In this document: positions 27,102 through 35,392 of the stretch, in pieces
Numbering within the stretch: the first letter of the stretch is position 1
Layout of the letters: every line of letters starts with the position of its first letter
Source of the DNA: a virus
Lineage: Duplodnaviria; Caudoviricetes
IMG/VR virus record: IMGVR_UViG_3300048590_000075
Location: 1 to 53,153 of that record
Length of the DNA: 53,153 bases
Strand: one strand, 5' to 3'
Made by a program: the position numbers and the translations under genes
Notes under the pieces: model-generated
What the model saw: only the letters and a program-made list of their open reading frames with translations
What the model was told of the DNA's origin: nothing
Databases searched by the model: none

Positions 27102-28423
27102 CGAATGTGGTGCTACGTCCCAGAAACGGGCTCTCCCTCTGCGCAGGCGGCGGAGGCCTGGATATGGGCCTCATGCTCGCAGAGCCCGGATTTCACACCC
27201 GCTGCTTTGTCGAGTGGGAGGAATACCCCCGAGACGCCCTCATCGCCGCCCAGCGGGCCGGATACTTCGCGCCAGCCCCGATATGGGATGACCTCACCAC
27301 ATTCAACGGACGGCCATTCCGTGGCGCATTCGACACCATCCTTGCCGGATACCCGTGCCAGCCATTCAGCCATGCCGGGCAGCGGCGGGGCCACGACGAC
27401 GAGCGCCACCTGTGGCCCGACGTTGCCCGGATCGTCCGGGAAGTCGAACCGGAATGGGTATTCCTCGAAAACGTCGCCGGGCATGTCAGCCTCGGCGCAG
27501 AGACCGTGCTGCGAGAGCTACGAGAAATGGGTTTCACGCCTGCGGCTGGCCTCTTCTCAGCGGCTGAGACAGGCGCGCCGCATGAAAGGCTCCGCTGGTT
27601 CTGCGTGGCCCACCGCCGCCACGCGGGACCATCACGCGCAGGGGGCTGGGCACAACACGGCAGCGCAATCCGACAGTCTGGCGACGATGGTCGAGGCGAA
27701 GTGGCCCACGCCGATGGCGGGCACCCCGGCGCAGAACGGGAACAGCGCGGCGGGGAGCAGCGACTTCAGCCGGAAGGCGGAGGAGTTGGCGCGGGCGATG
27801 TGGGGCACCCCGCGCGCATCGGACGCGGAGAAGGGCGGGCCGAACCAGGCATTCGGAGCGGGCGGGACGCCCCTGCCGGCACAGGCAGCGCAATGGCCCA
27901 CTCCGATGGCCGGAACGCCAGCACAGAACGGCAACAGCGCGGCGGGGAGCAACGACTTCACCCGGAAAGCCGACCTTCTGGCGGCGGGTGTGCTGGCCTC
28001 GTCATGGCCGACGCCAGCGGCGCAGAACGTGAAGGGCAGTTCCGAGGGCAGCATCACGCGCGCGGATGGCAAGTCAAGGATGGACATCCTGCACTACCGC
28101 GCGGAGCAGGGCTTTTCCCACCCGGCCCCGGAGACGCAGCCGCATGGGCGGCCGTCCTCCGATCCTCGCCAGACATGGCGCCGGCTGCGGCGGCTCGTGA
28201 TCTCCACGCATGGGCGCGCCGTCTGGAAGCGGATGGCCGCGAGTGGTGGCAAGCGGAGGCTGAACCCGCTTTTTGTAGAATGGTTGATGGCCTTTCCCAT
28301 AGGTCACAGCCTTTGCGGCTTCTCGGGAACGCCGTCCACCCCCTCACCGCCGGCCTTGCATGGCGATCACTCGCCGCAGCGCACGGCCTCCAGCCAATCG
28401 ACCTCGGAGGAACTGAACGATGA
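27098..28423 (+). CDS. C5 cytosine methyltransferase, catalytic (alpha) frame
   Basis: Motif [44 protein letters not shown]; no motif IX in this frame. Confidence 0.92.
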   Translation: MTNVVLRPRNGLSLCAGGGGLDMGLMLAEPGFHTRCFVEWEEYPRDALIAAQRAGYFAPAPIWDDLTTFNGRPFRGAFDTILAGYPCQPFSHAGQRRGHDDERHLWPDVARIVREVEPEWVFLENVAGHVSLGAETVLRELREMGFTPAAGLFSAAETGAPHERLRWFCVAHRRHAGPSRAGGWAQHGSAIRQSGDDGRGEVAHADGGHPGAEREQRGGEQRLQPEGGGVGAGDVGHPARIGRGEGRAEPGIRSGRDAPAGTGSAMAHSDGRNASTERQQRGGEQRLHPESRPSGGGCAGLVMADASGAEREGQFRGQHHARGWQVKDGHPALPRGAGLFPPGPGDAAAWAAVLRSSPDMAPAAAARDLHAWARRLEADGREWWQAEAEPAFCRMVDGLSHRSQPLRLLGNAVHPLTAGLAWRSLAAAHGLQPIDLGGTER

Positions 28424-28961
28424 TCGAGAAGACGTGCGCCCACTGCGGGGCGACCTTCCAAGCGGAGAGGGCGAGAAACAGATTCTGCGGGAAGCCGTGC
28501 CAGCACGCGGCGTCGAGGTCGGGAAAAGGCTACGTCCAGACGAGCGAGGGACTGGAACACCGGCTGGTCATGGAGGCCCATCTTGGCCGCAAGCTGCGCC
28601 GCGACGAGCACGTCCACCACAGGAACGAGGACAAGAGGGACAACCGTATCGAGAACCTGGAGTTGCTGACGGTTCGGGAGCACGCGAGTCTGCACAAGTC
28701 GAAGCACCCGAAGACGAAGACCTGCGTCGTCTGCGGCGAGACCTTCATCCCGCATCCGGAGACCCGAGGGCGGGTCAAGACGTGCTCGAAGGTCTGCCGC
28801 TACAAGTCGCAGGCGCGGTCGATGCTCGCGCGAGCTTCCTGACATGGCGGCGGCACATGCGTGGCGCACTTTGTCGGCTGCCCACGGCCTCCGGTGCGTG
28901 GATATGGGCGCCGCCGAAGGAGATGCCGAAGCCGGTGCAAATCGAGATGTTCGGAGGATGA
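27105..28961 (+). CDS. Overlapping-frame (beta) subunit of the C5 methyltransferase with TRD-like modules and motif IX
   Basis: 618-codon open +1 frame; five W(P/G)T modules; [15 protein letters not shown]; internal duplication diverges synonymously in this frame. Confidence 0.75.
   Translation: MWCYVPETGSPSAQAAEAWIWASCSQSPDFTPAALSSGRNTPETPSSPPSGPDTSRQPRYGMTSPHSTDGHSVAHSTPSLPDTRASHSAMPGSGGATTTSATCGPTLPGSSGKSNRNGYSSKTSPGMSASAQRPCCESYEKWVSRLRLASSQRLRQARRMKGSAGSAWPTAATRDHHAQGAGHNTAAQSDSLATMVEAKWPTPMAGTPAQNGNSAAGSSDFSRKAEELARAMWGTPRASDAEKGGPNQAFGAGGTPLPAQAAQWPTPMAGTPAQNGNSAAGSNDFTRKADLLAAGVLASSWPTPAAQNVKGSSEGSITRADGKSRMDILHYRAEQGFSHPAPETQPHGRPSSDPRQTWRRLRRLVISTHGRAVWKRMAASGGKRRLNPLFVEWLMAFPIGHSLCGFSGTPSTPSPPALHGDHSPQRTASSQSTSEELNDDREDVRPLRGDLPSGEGEKQILREAVPARGVEVGKRLRPDERGTGTPAGHGGPSWPQAAPRRARPPQERGQEGQPYREPGVADGSGARESAQVEAPEDEDLRRLRRDLHPASGDPRAGQDVLEGLPLQVAGAVDARASFLTWRRHMRGALCRLPTASGAWIWAPPKEMPKPVQIEMFGG
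28420..28842 (+). CDS. HNH endonuclease with Zn-ribbon domains, inserted in the methyltransferase 3' end
   Basis: [30 protein letters not shown]; CxxC..FC..C ribbons. Confidence 0.9.
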   Translation: MIEKTCAHCGATFQAERARNRFCGKPCQHAASRSGKGYVQTSEGLEHRLVMEAHLGRKLRRDEHVHHRNEDKRDNRIENLELLTVREHASLHKSKHPKTKTCVVCGETFIPHPETRGRVKTCSKVCRYKSQARSMLARAS

Positions 28962-28969
28962 CGAAATGA
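28844..28969 (+). pseudogene. Orphaned original C-terminus of the alpha frame
   Basis: [17 protein letters not shown] vs [17 protein letters not shown]; same frame, 501 bp downstream. Confidence 0.75.
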
Positions 28970-29024
28970 CAGCACACCAATGGGGCGATCATGCCGCACG
29001 GGCCTATCAGCGGAGGGCGGCGTG

Positions 29025-29243
29025 ATGCGTTCTGACCTGCACGACCTGCCCGTGATCTACCAGCACATGACCGACCGCGCCGTCTGCGTGCGCGAGACCG
29101 AGGACGGCCCGGACATCTGGATCCCGCTCAGCCAGTGCGAGATCGCGCCGCGGGAGGCCGACCCCCTCGGCGGGCTGGCGCGCGGCCGGGTGGCGATCCT
29201 CACCGCACCCGAGCGGGTGCTCATGGAGAAGGGGCTGATATGA
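29025..29243 (+). CDS. Hypothetical protein
   Basis: T.RAV..WIP.SQ.E..PE..EKGLI pattern. Confidence 0.7.
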   Translation: MRSDLHDLPVIYQHMTDRAVCVRETEDGPDIWIPLSQCEIAPREADPLGGLARGRVAILTAPERVLMEKGLI

Positions 29244-29497
29244 AACTGCGCATCGCACTCCGCGCCGAAGGGAATTTCTGGAACGCCTATCTGGCGCTGC
29301 CCGACACGATGGACGGCGCGCAGATGATCGGCTCGATCGCGCTCGGCTCGGCCAAGCGGAACCCGAAGATCAAGCAACGCTTCATCGACCTCATGCAGAT
29401 GGTGTTTAAGGACGCACTGAAGACTCAGACGGGCGTGACGGCGGAAGAATTTACCATCGAGCGCGCGCCCGAGCACGAGCGCGCCGGGAACGCATGA
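29240..29497 (+). CDS. Hypothetical protein
   Basis: ATGA-coupled. Confidence 0.7.
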   Translation: MKLRIALRAEGNFWNAYLALPDTMDGAQMIGSIALGSAKRNPKIKQRFIDLMQMVFKDALKTQTGVTAEEFTIERAPEHERAGNA

Positions 29498-29862
29498 TGA
29501 CGCGCTATCGCATTCAGGACGCAGAGGGTCGCGGCCCGTGGCGCCCCGGCTTCTCGCATCGGTGGATCGACCCGATGAAAGATGACAGCCTCTGCCCGCC
29601 GATGATGATGGAATTCCCCGACTGGCGGAAGTGCGTGGCACAGCATCCGTGGGCTATCCATATCGGATGCTGCGTCGACGGCATGGCTGGCATTCATCGC
29701 TGGTTCACGCCGGGCGAATTGGCGCGTTTGCAAGGCCTTGGCTTTCACCTTGTGGACGCCACGGGTCTGACGCCGCTCATCATTGGCCGGAGCCAGATCA
29801 TCGGCGGGTCGCGCTTCCCGCTCGCCTATCTGCCGCGCGTCGAGTGGAGCATCGCCGCATGA
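29494..29862 (+). CDS. Hypothetical protein
   Basis: Coupled; YRIQD..GRGP motif. Confidence 0.65.
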   Translation: MMTRYRIQDAEGRGPWRPGFSHRWIDPMKDDSLCPPMMMEFPDWRKCVAQHPWAIHIGCCVDGMAGIHRWFTPGELARLQGLGFHLVDATGLTPLIIGRSQIIGGSRFPLAYLPRVEWSIAA

Positions 29863-30122
29863 CCCGCCTCGCCATCATCCTCGCGTGTCTCGCCACGCCC
29901 GCCGCCGCCGAGACGGTCTGCGTCCCCGGCGCCGACCTGACCGCCGCCGCGAAGGCCGAGGGCCTCGCGCTCACCTTCGAGGGCTTTCTCGCCGACGGCG
30001 CCGTGCTGATCTTCACCGCCCGCGACGGCGAGTGGGTGATGGTCATCCTCAAGGCCGATGGCAGCGCCTGCCCTGTGGCGGCGGGCGACGCCCACGACAT
30101 CACACTCGGGAGCCTGATGTGA
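29859..30122 (+). CDS. Small secreted protein
   Basis: Signal peptide ending ATPAAA-E; two Cys in the mature part. Confidence 0.65.
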   Translation: MTRLAIILACLATPAAAETVCVPGADLTAAAKAEGLALTFEGFLADGAVLIFTARDGEWVMVILKADGSACPVAAGDAHDITLGSLM

Positions 30123-30760
30123 CAGACAAGCCCATTATCTTCTCCGCGCCGATGGTGCGCGCCTTGCTCGCGGGCACCAAGACGCAGACGCGGCGGCTGT
30201 TAAAGCCGCCATACGGCACACTGGAATGGCTCGGTAATAATCAGTGGCGGCCGATCTGCACCAAGGTTTTCCCCGGCGACCGCCTATGGGTGCGTGAGGC
30301 GCACAGCCTGCACCATGCCCACGGACAGGGCCGAAGAGACGGCAAACGGTGGGGGCCGTGGGGCGGACTGCCGACGACAGGCAGCCCAGATGGAACGCAA
30401 ATTGCCTACTACCGCGAGGGGTTCGACAGATGCGATCACGGACGCTGGAGGCCCTCCATCCACATGCCACGCTGGGCGTCCCGCCTGACGCTCATCGTCA
30501 CCGATGTGCGGGTGCAGCGGCTGGCGGAGATCAGCGAGGAAGACGCGCGGGCGGAGGGAGCGCCACCATTCGGGGGCGATAGTGCGGACGCCAGCCGAGG
30601 TGTCATGGCGAGCGGTCACGCGGGAAATTACCGGGCCACATTCCGCGACATCTGGAACACCATCCACGGCCCCGGCGCATGGGATGCAAACCCGTGGGTC
30701 GCGGCCCTGACCTTCACTGTCCACCGCCAGAACATCGACCAGATGGAGCCGACCAAATGA
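30119..30760 (+). CDS. ASCH/PUA-like phage protein
   Basis: PIIFSAPMVRALL.G.KTQTRR, GDRLWVRE, WRPSIHMPRWASR, W..NPWV. Confidence 0.8.
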   Translation: MTDKPIIFSAPMVRALLAGTKTQTRRLLKPPYGTLEWLGNNQWRPICTKVFPGDRLWVREAHSLHHAHGQGRRDGKRWGPWGGLPTTGSPDGTQIAYYREGFDRCDHGRWRPSIHMPRWASRLTLIVTDVRVQRLAEISEEDARAEGAPPFGGDSADASRGVMASGHAGNYRATFRDIWNTIHGPGAWDANPWVAALTFTVHRQNIDQMEPTK

Positions 30761-30930
30761 CACATCCCACGCGCTTTGAACATCCCGTCCCGCTGTCCGT
30801 CACCGTTGAAAGGATCAGCGACGACGAGATGACCAAGATGTGCCTCGCCGTGAATCAGCTATTTGGCAGCGCAATGGCGAGCAAGCTCATGGACCTGATC
30901 GTCGCCGCACGGAAGGAGGTGAAGGAATGA
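30757..30930 (+). CDS. Hypothetical protein
   Basis: ATGA-coupled. Confidence 0.5.
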   Translation: MTHPTRFEHPVPLSVTVERISDDEMTKMCLAVNQLFGSAMASKLMDLIVAARKEVKE

Positions 30931-31202
30931 CGCGCGCGGAAATCCGCATAGAGGCCGCGAAGCGCCGCGCCAAGACGGCGGAAGCCGCGTTGTCCAGTGT
31001 AAACGAAGCCGCCCCACGCCAAGATACCGGAATCCGGCCAACAATGCGCTTTTCATCCGGCGCCTGTTCCCGGTTTGGCCCGCGTTTCCGGGTTCACGCA
31101 GGTTCAGCGAACCAGAACGCACTTCGTATGGCGGCGCTTGGAACGTCTGCCCGACATGCAAATGCCGCCCGTGCCAGTGCGGGCGGGGAGAAGGAGGACG
31201 GA

Positions 31203-31556
31203 ATGACTGACGCACCGAAAACCATCGACCTTGTCCACCCCGGCTTTGGCGGCTGGCGGCTCTGGACGGCAGACGACGCCGACGATCCGACCGTGGTCGC
31301 CGCGCCCTACATCCTCGCCGCCGAGCACGAGCGGCTGATGGCGGAGCGGGACGCGGAGATCGCGCGGCTGTGGGAAGCTTTGCTGGACGCAACAGCGTAC
31401 TTGGTCGGTGCGGCTTCATCCTACCGGACCTACGCCCGTCGTGGCGGTGACATCCGGCCGAGGGCTGAAGTGGATGCGTTTTTCACCACTCGCGTCGGGG
31501 ACTATGACAGAGCCGCTGAACGCGCCCGCGCAGCCTTGGGAGACGACAATGGATGA
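31203..31556 (+). CDS. Hypothetical protein
   Basis: AGGAGG RBS. Confidence 0.6.
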   Translation: MTDAPKTIDLVHPGFGGWRLWTADDADDPTVVAAPYILAAEHERLMAERDAEIARLWEALLDATAYLVGAASSYRTYARRGGDIRPRAEVDAFFTTRVGDYDRAAERARAALGDDNG

Positions 31557-31812
31557 TGGTGGACCGGCCTTCCCGCACCAAGACAGTGGCGACACGGGAA
31601 CGCGATCCGGCATGACCCTGCGCGACTGGTTCGCGGGGCAGGCGCCTGTGACGATGGGGGACGCTGCAAGAGTGTGCGGGTGGCCTCCAGAATTTAATCT
31701 CACGCAAGACAGTGATCGCGCTGCATTTTGGGCGGTCATGGCGATGCTTCGCTTTGAATACGCAGACGCCATGATTGTGGCACGGAGCATCAAAGGAGAC
31801 GACAATGCCTAA
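31549..31812 (+). CDS. Conserved phage protein (GGPAFP..GMTLRDWFA family)
   Basis: DGGPAFP, GMTLRDWFAGQA, YADAMI. Confidence 0.8.
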   Translation: MDDGGPAFPHQDSGDTGTRSGMTLRDWFAGQAPVTMGDAARVCGWPPEFNLTQDSDRAAFWAVMAMLRFEYADAMIVARSIKGDDNA

Positions 31813-32011
31813 ATGCATAAATGCCCACGACCGCTGTTATGGCGGGGCGGGCGGCCCCTGCCCTGAGTGTGAACTCACCTACGACGAAGCATTTGAGAAG
31901 GACTATTCCCGCGTGTGCGAGGTCTGCGGGGCCAATCCTGTTGTGCGGGCTACTGGTCTGTGTGGTCCTTGCACATTCGGAGAAGCCGACACTGCCGATG
32001 GAAATTGGTAA
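31805..32011 (+). CDS. Small Cys-rich Zn-binding protein
   Basis: CxxC pairs; TGLCGPCTFGEA. Confidence 0.65.
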   Translation: MPKCINAHDRCYGGAGGPCPECELTYDEAFEKDYSRVCEVCGANPVVRATGLCGPCTFGEADTADGNW

Positions 32012-32022
32012 GGGAGACGACA

Positions 32023-32319
32023 ATGGATAATCTGGTAGCACGGCTGCTGACATTTGCCGGCATTGAAGACGCAAGTGGTGGAACCTGCGATTATCGACTG
32101 AGTGTGTCACTCTTGCGCGAAGCCGCCGACGCCATCGAGGCGCTACAGGCGCAGCTTGCCGATGAACGCGACAAGGCGCTGGAGGAAGCGGCGCAGACGG
32201 CCGAGACACGCCACGGAGTGTGGCTCGGGCTTGGGGCTGACTGCTTGGTAGATGACGACATTTCTGCGTGCAGCGACATCGCCGCCGCCATCCGCGCCAT
32301 GAAGGGAGAGCGGGGATGA
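32023..32319 (+). CDS. Hypothetical protein
   Basis: EAADAIEALQ..ALEEAA..IAAAIRA phage motifs. Confidence 0.65.
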   Translation: MDNLVARLLTFAGIEDASGGTCDYRLSVSLLREAADAIEALQAQLADERDKALEEAAQTAETRHGVWLGLGADCLVDDDISACSDIAAAIRAMKGERG

Positions 32320-32651
32320 GCGATCTGCCATACCTGACCAAGCAACGGTGGGCGTGCCTGCACGCGCTCAGGCGCCAGCCGCGCATGCTGGATCGCGCCT
32401 TTCTGGCGAGGGAATTGCTGATCCATTACCGCGACAACGGCCCGCTGAAGCCCGCATCCGGCGCGATGATGGACAGCCTGCGCGATGCGGGGTGGGTGGA
32501 GCGCGTCGTCTATGACTTCGGCGGTTCCGGTGCGCCCTTCCGCATGGGCAAGCCGCCGACTGCATGGCAGATCACCGAAGCCGGGCGCGAGGCGATCCGC
32601 CAGTGCCCCGACATATTCCCCGGAGAGCCGGTATATAGGATGACTCCATGA
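32316..32651 (+). CDS. Winged-helix-like hypothetical protein
   Basis: L..AGWVE..WQITEAGR. Confidence 0.6.
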   Translation: MSDLPYLTKQRWACLHALRRQPRMLDRAFLARELLIHYRDNGPLKPASGAMMDSLRDAGWVERVVYDFGGSGAPFRMGKPPTAWQITEAGREAIRQCPDIFPGEPVYRMTP

Positions 32652-33511
32652 AAGACACCGCCGCTCCGCTCTTTCCCGACGCGCCCGTGTGGCGCGAGCC
32701 GCAATGGCTCTACGATGCCGGATGGCACAAGAGCGGCGCGTTGTGGCTCTGGATGCGGAAGCATGGGCATCTGATCCGGCAGGCCGAGGCGGATGGTATC
32801 CGGCAAGTGGCCCCGATCTGCGTCGCCTACCGCCGGCCCCCGGCCGAGGTCCGGGCGATCATCGGCGCCGGGCTGTGGAGGCGCGTCCACCACAGCGACG
32901 TGATCGACAATGCGTGGCGCGCGAAGATCAAGCTGACGACGAAACTGCCTTTCGCCACGATCATGGACATTCCACGCGGCGCCTTCCGTGAAGTTAATCG
33001 CATGATCGCGCATCGCGGCGAGGCGGCAGTCGCCATCGCCGCGCGGATCGCCAGCAACCGCGACCAGATGCGCGAGGCCGTGATGCTGGCGCACGATACC
33101 GTCCGCATGGGTGGCGCGGCCGATCCGGCGTGGTCGCTGCGCCGGCTGCGCGAGGAACACGACCGGCTGGCGCGTGAGCACGCGCGTCGCAGCGCCGATC
33201 CGACGCCCTTCGCCGAGCCGTGGCGCTGCGAGATCGACGGCTTCATCTTCACGCGGCTTGTGAGCGCGGCCGACTTCGCCGAGGAAGGCGCTATCATGCG
33301 CCATTGCATCGCCGGCTATGCTCGTGACGCGAAGGCATGGCGGGAGACTGCCTTCAGGATCGAAGGGCCCGAGCGTGCGAGCGTCAGCTTCTCTGCGGGC
33401 GGTGGTGTCGAAATTCGCGGGCGGCTCAACAGCAGGGTCACGGAGCCGTGCCGTCGCGCCGCGATGAAGGCGTGGGCGATATTCAAGGCCGCGCCCAGCA
33501 CCCCGCGCTGA
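32648..33511 (+). CDS. PcfJ-like domain protein
   Basis: HDRL..EEG..MRHCIAGY..RG..N. Confidence 0.7.
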   Translation: MKDTAAPLFPDAPVWREPQWLYDAGWHKSGALWLWMRKHGHLIRQAEADGIRQVAPICVAYRRPPAEVRAIIGAGLWRRVHHSDVIDNAWRAKIKLTTKLPFATIMDIPRGAFREVNRMIAHRGEAAVAIAARIASNRDQMREAVMLAHDTVRMGGAADPAWSLRRLREEHDRLAREHARRSADPTPFAEPWRCEIDGFIFTRLVSAADFAEEGAIMRHCIAGYARDAKAWRETAFRIEGPERASVSFSAGGGVEIRGRLNSRVTEPCRRAAMKAWAIFKAAPSTPR

Positions 33512-33554
33512 AGCCGATCACCACGTCCGCGCCTGCCTCGCCCATAATTAATGT

Positions 33555-33605
33555 CGCAATTATTGCGTATCACCCCTTGCATTACCAGCAGCCATTGCGT
33601 ATATA
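33555..33605 (+). promoter_or_regulatory. Sigma70-like promoter with operator palindrome
   Basis: TTGCAT-N17-TATATA; CGCAAT-T-ATTGCG at 33555-33567. Confidence 0.7.
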
Positions 33606-33650
33606 GGATGCATGAGCAACGGGGATCGCCCCGAGGGAATGGAGAGAGAG

Positions 33651-33881
33651 ATGACCGACGACATGGAGCAGATGGCAAGGGAACGCGCAGAGCTTCAGAT
33701 CACCCGCGGGCAGGTGGCGCTGGTCACCGCCGAGGCGGAAAAGCGCGGCATCGCGGTCCCGGAGGACGTGATCTATCTGGCGACCCTCATGGTGGATCAT
33801 GCTCGCGGCGCTGGCGCGATGCTCGATGCCGCGCTGAAGATTCTGGCCGAGGATGAGGCGTATGAGGAGGCCCACAAATGA
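33651..33881 (+). CDS. Hypothetical protein
   Basis: GGAG RBS; first gene after the promoter. Confidence 0.65.
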   Translation: MTDDMEQMARERAELQITRGQVALVTAEAEKRGIAVPEDVIYLATLMVDHARGAGAMLDAALKILAEDEAYEEAHK

Positions 33882-34219
33882 AACGCACACTCCATTTCGA
33901 CGCTGACCGCGTAGCTCCCGGATCGCCCTATGTGGACGTGTTCGTCGAGACCGACGATGGGTCGGCATCGCACAGCGCGACGTTCCCGTGGCATTCGGTC
34001 GACGAGTTCGGCAACCAGCGGGGGCCGATGGACGCGGAGTTTTACGGTCTGACGCAGTTCTGCGCCCGGCATGGCATCGACTGCGACAGGGAGGCCATCG
34101 TTGCCCGCGTGTTCGACCGGCTGGTTCCGATGATGGAGCGGGATAGGCTCAGGCCCGGCAGTCTGCGCGCCGACTCGCTGTATGGCGCGGCCCTGCGCAG
34201 GCGCGAGGAGGCGGCATGA
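33878..34219 (+). CDS. Hypothetical protein
   Basis: GAGGAGG RBS; ATGA-coupled. Confidence 0.65.
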   Translation: MKRTLHFDADRVAPGSPYVDVFVETDDGSASHSATFPWHSVDEFGNQRGPMDAEFYGLTQFCARHGIDCDREAIVARVFDRLVPMMERDRLRPGSLRADSLYGAALRRREEAA

Positions 34220-34398
34220 CCCCCGCGCAATTCCGCGCCACCCGCAAGCGGCTCGGCCTCACGCAGGCCGAGCTTGCCGCCATCTTCGGCACCGGCGCAC
34301 GCACCATCGCTGCAATCGAGGCTGGCACCACGCCCAAAGCGCGGCTCTACGAACTGGCGCTGCGCGGGCTGCAGGTCGAGCGCATGATGGATGCCTGA
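34216..34398 (+). CDS. XRE HTH regulator
   Basis: MTP.QF..RKRLGLTQAELA..G..RTI..E.G. Confidence 0.85.
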   Translation: MTPAQFRATRKRLGLTQAELAAIFGTGARTIAAIEAGTTPKARLYELALRGLQVERMMDA

Positions 34399-34584
34399 TC
34401 AGCACCCCGCGTCGATGGTGGCGATCAGCGTGCGGCCCGCGGCCATGCTCTGCGGGCCACCATCCGCCACCAGCGCGGCGGCAAGCGCCGTCCGCTGCGG
34501 CTCCGTCCGCGAGCAGATCGCCTCACTCGTCCGACCGCTCACGCAGCCACTCGCGATCATGGTCAGCATTGCCGCGCGACACAT
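34399..34584 (-). CDS. o-spanin (Rz1-like lipoprotein)
   Basis: Lipobox IASGC, terminal Cys; overlaps the i-spanin. Confidence 0.6.
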   Translation of the reverse strand: MCRAAMLTMIASGCVSGRTSEAICSRTEPQRTALAAALVADGGPQSMAAGRTLIATIDAGC

Positions 34585-34759
34585 CCGCGCCGTCCATTCG
34601 CCGGTTTGCATCCCTGTCAGCCTCCAGGTTTTTTCGATCCGCGTCCCGCCGCGCCTCGCGCTTGCCCGCCGCGAATGCGCCGAGCACCGCCAGCGCCAGC
34701 GCACCGAGGGCGAGCGCCGCCCGGCGCAGCCAGCCGGGAATGAGCCAGCCCCAGATCAT
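34523..34759 (-). CDS. i-spanin (Rz-like)
   Basis: N-terminal TM followed by a charged helix. Confidence 0.65.
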   Translation of the reverse strand: MIWGWLIPGWLRRAALALGALALAVLGAFAAGKREARRDADRKNLEADRDANRRMDGADVSRGNADHDREWLRERSDE

Positions 34760-35103
34760 CGCAGATACCTCTCGATATGCCGCCGCGCCTCGTATCGCGT
34801 GATCCCGAGCCGGTAGCTGGATCGCGCCAGCCGCTCGGCCATCGCGTCAAGATCGGAGCGATCCGGCTTTACCTGTCGCGCGAAGGCGACCGCCTCAGCC
34901 CAAAGCCGATAGGACTGGCAGAATGGATAGAGCACCAGGTGCAGCCCGAATGTGACCCAGAATTGCCGGGCGTGCTCCATCTCATGCGCCAGCAAACCCT
35001 TGTCGCCGCGGTAGCGCTTCTGAATGAGCACGACAGGGCCGATGGTCAGCCCGGCTTTCCGCTCGGGCAACAGCCGCGTGTGGACGACGAGTGCGAGCGG
35101 CAT
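34756..35103 (-). CDS. HEXXH metallopeptidase-like protein
   Basis: LLAHEMEHARQ..EA.AF. Confidence 0.65.
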   Translation of the reverse strand: MPLALVVHTRLLPERKAGLTIGPVVLIQKRYRGDKGLLAHEMEHARQFWVTFGLHLVLYPFCQSYRLWAEAVAFARQVKPDRSDLDAMAERLARSSYRLGITRYEARRHIERYLR

Positions 35104-35309
35104 CAGTCGTCGCTCCCCTGTGCCACCAGCCGTCCGACGATGCCGCCGGCCAGCACGGCGAGCGTGATCCACCGGAGCCAGCCCTCGGGGATCGCGTCGC
35201 GCAGCTCGCCGGGCAGCGCACCCCACGCGAAAGGGATAGCCGCCGCCGCCGCCATCGCCTGCATGGACCACCACCGCCACGCCCGGCGCGCCCCTTTCAC
35301 CATCCGCAT
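35103..35309 (-). CDS. Holin-like protein
   Basis: Two TMs; W.WWS.Q..W..LP..GRLV.Q; follows the endolysin. Confidence 0.7.
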   Translation of the reverse strand: MRMVKGARRAWRWWSMQAMAAAAAIPFAWGALPGELRDAIPEGWLRWITLAVLAGGIVGRLVAQGSDD

Positions 35310-35392
35310 GTCACAGCCCTCCGAAGAGCCATTCGATCCAGCCCATGACGTGGGCCACGATATAGAGCGTCACCGCCGCGAGTCTTTCCATG

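Noticed and set aside
28420-28842. Group I intron or intein hosting the HNH gene
   Set aside because: No room for a ribozyme core, no intein motifs, and alpha ends with its own replacement C-terminus
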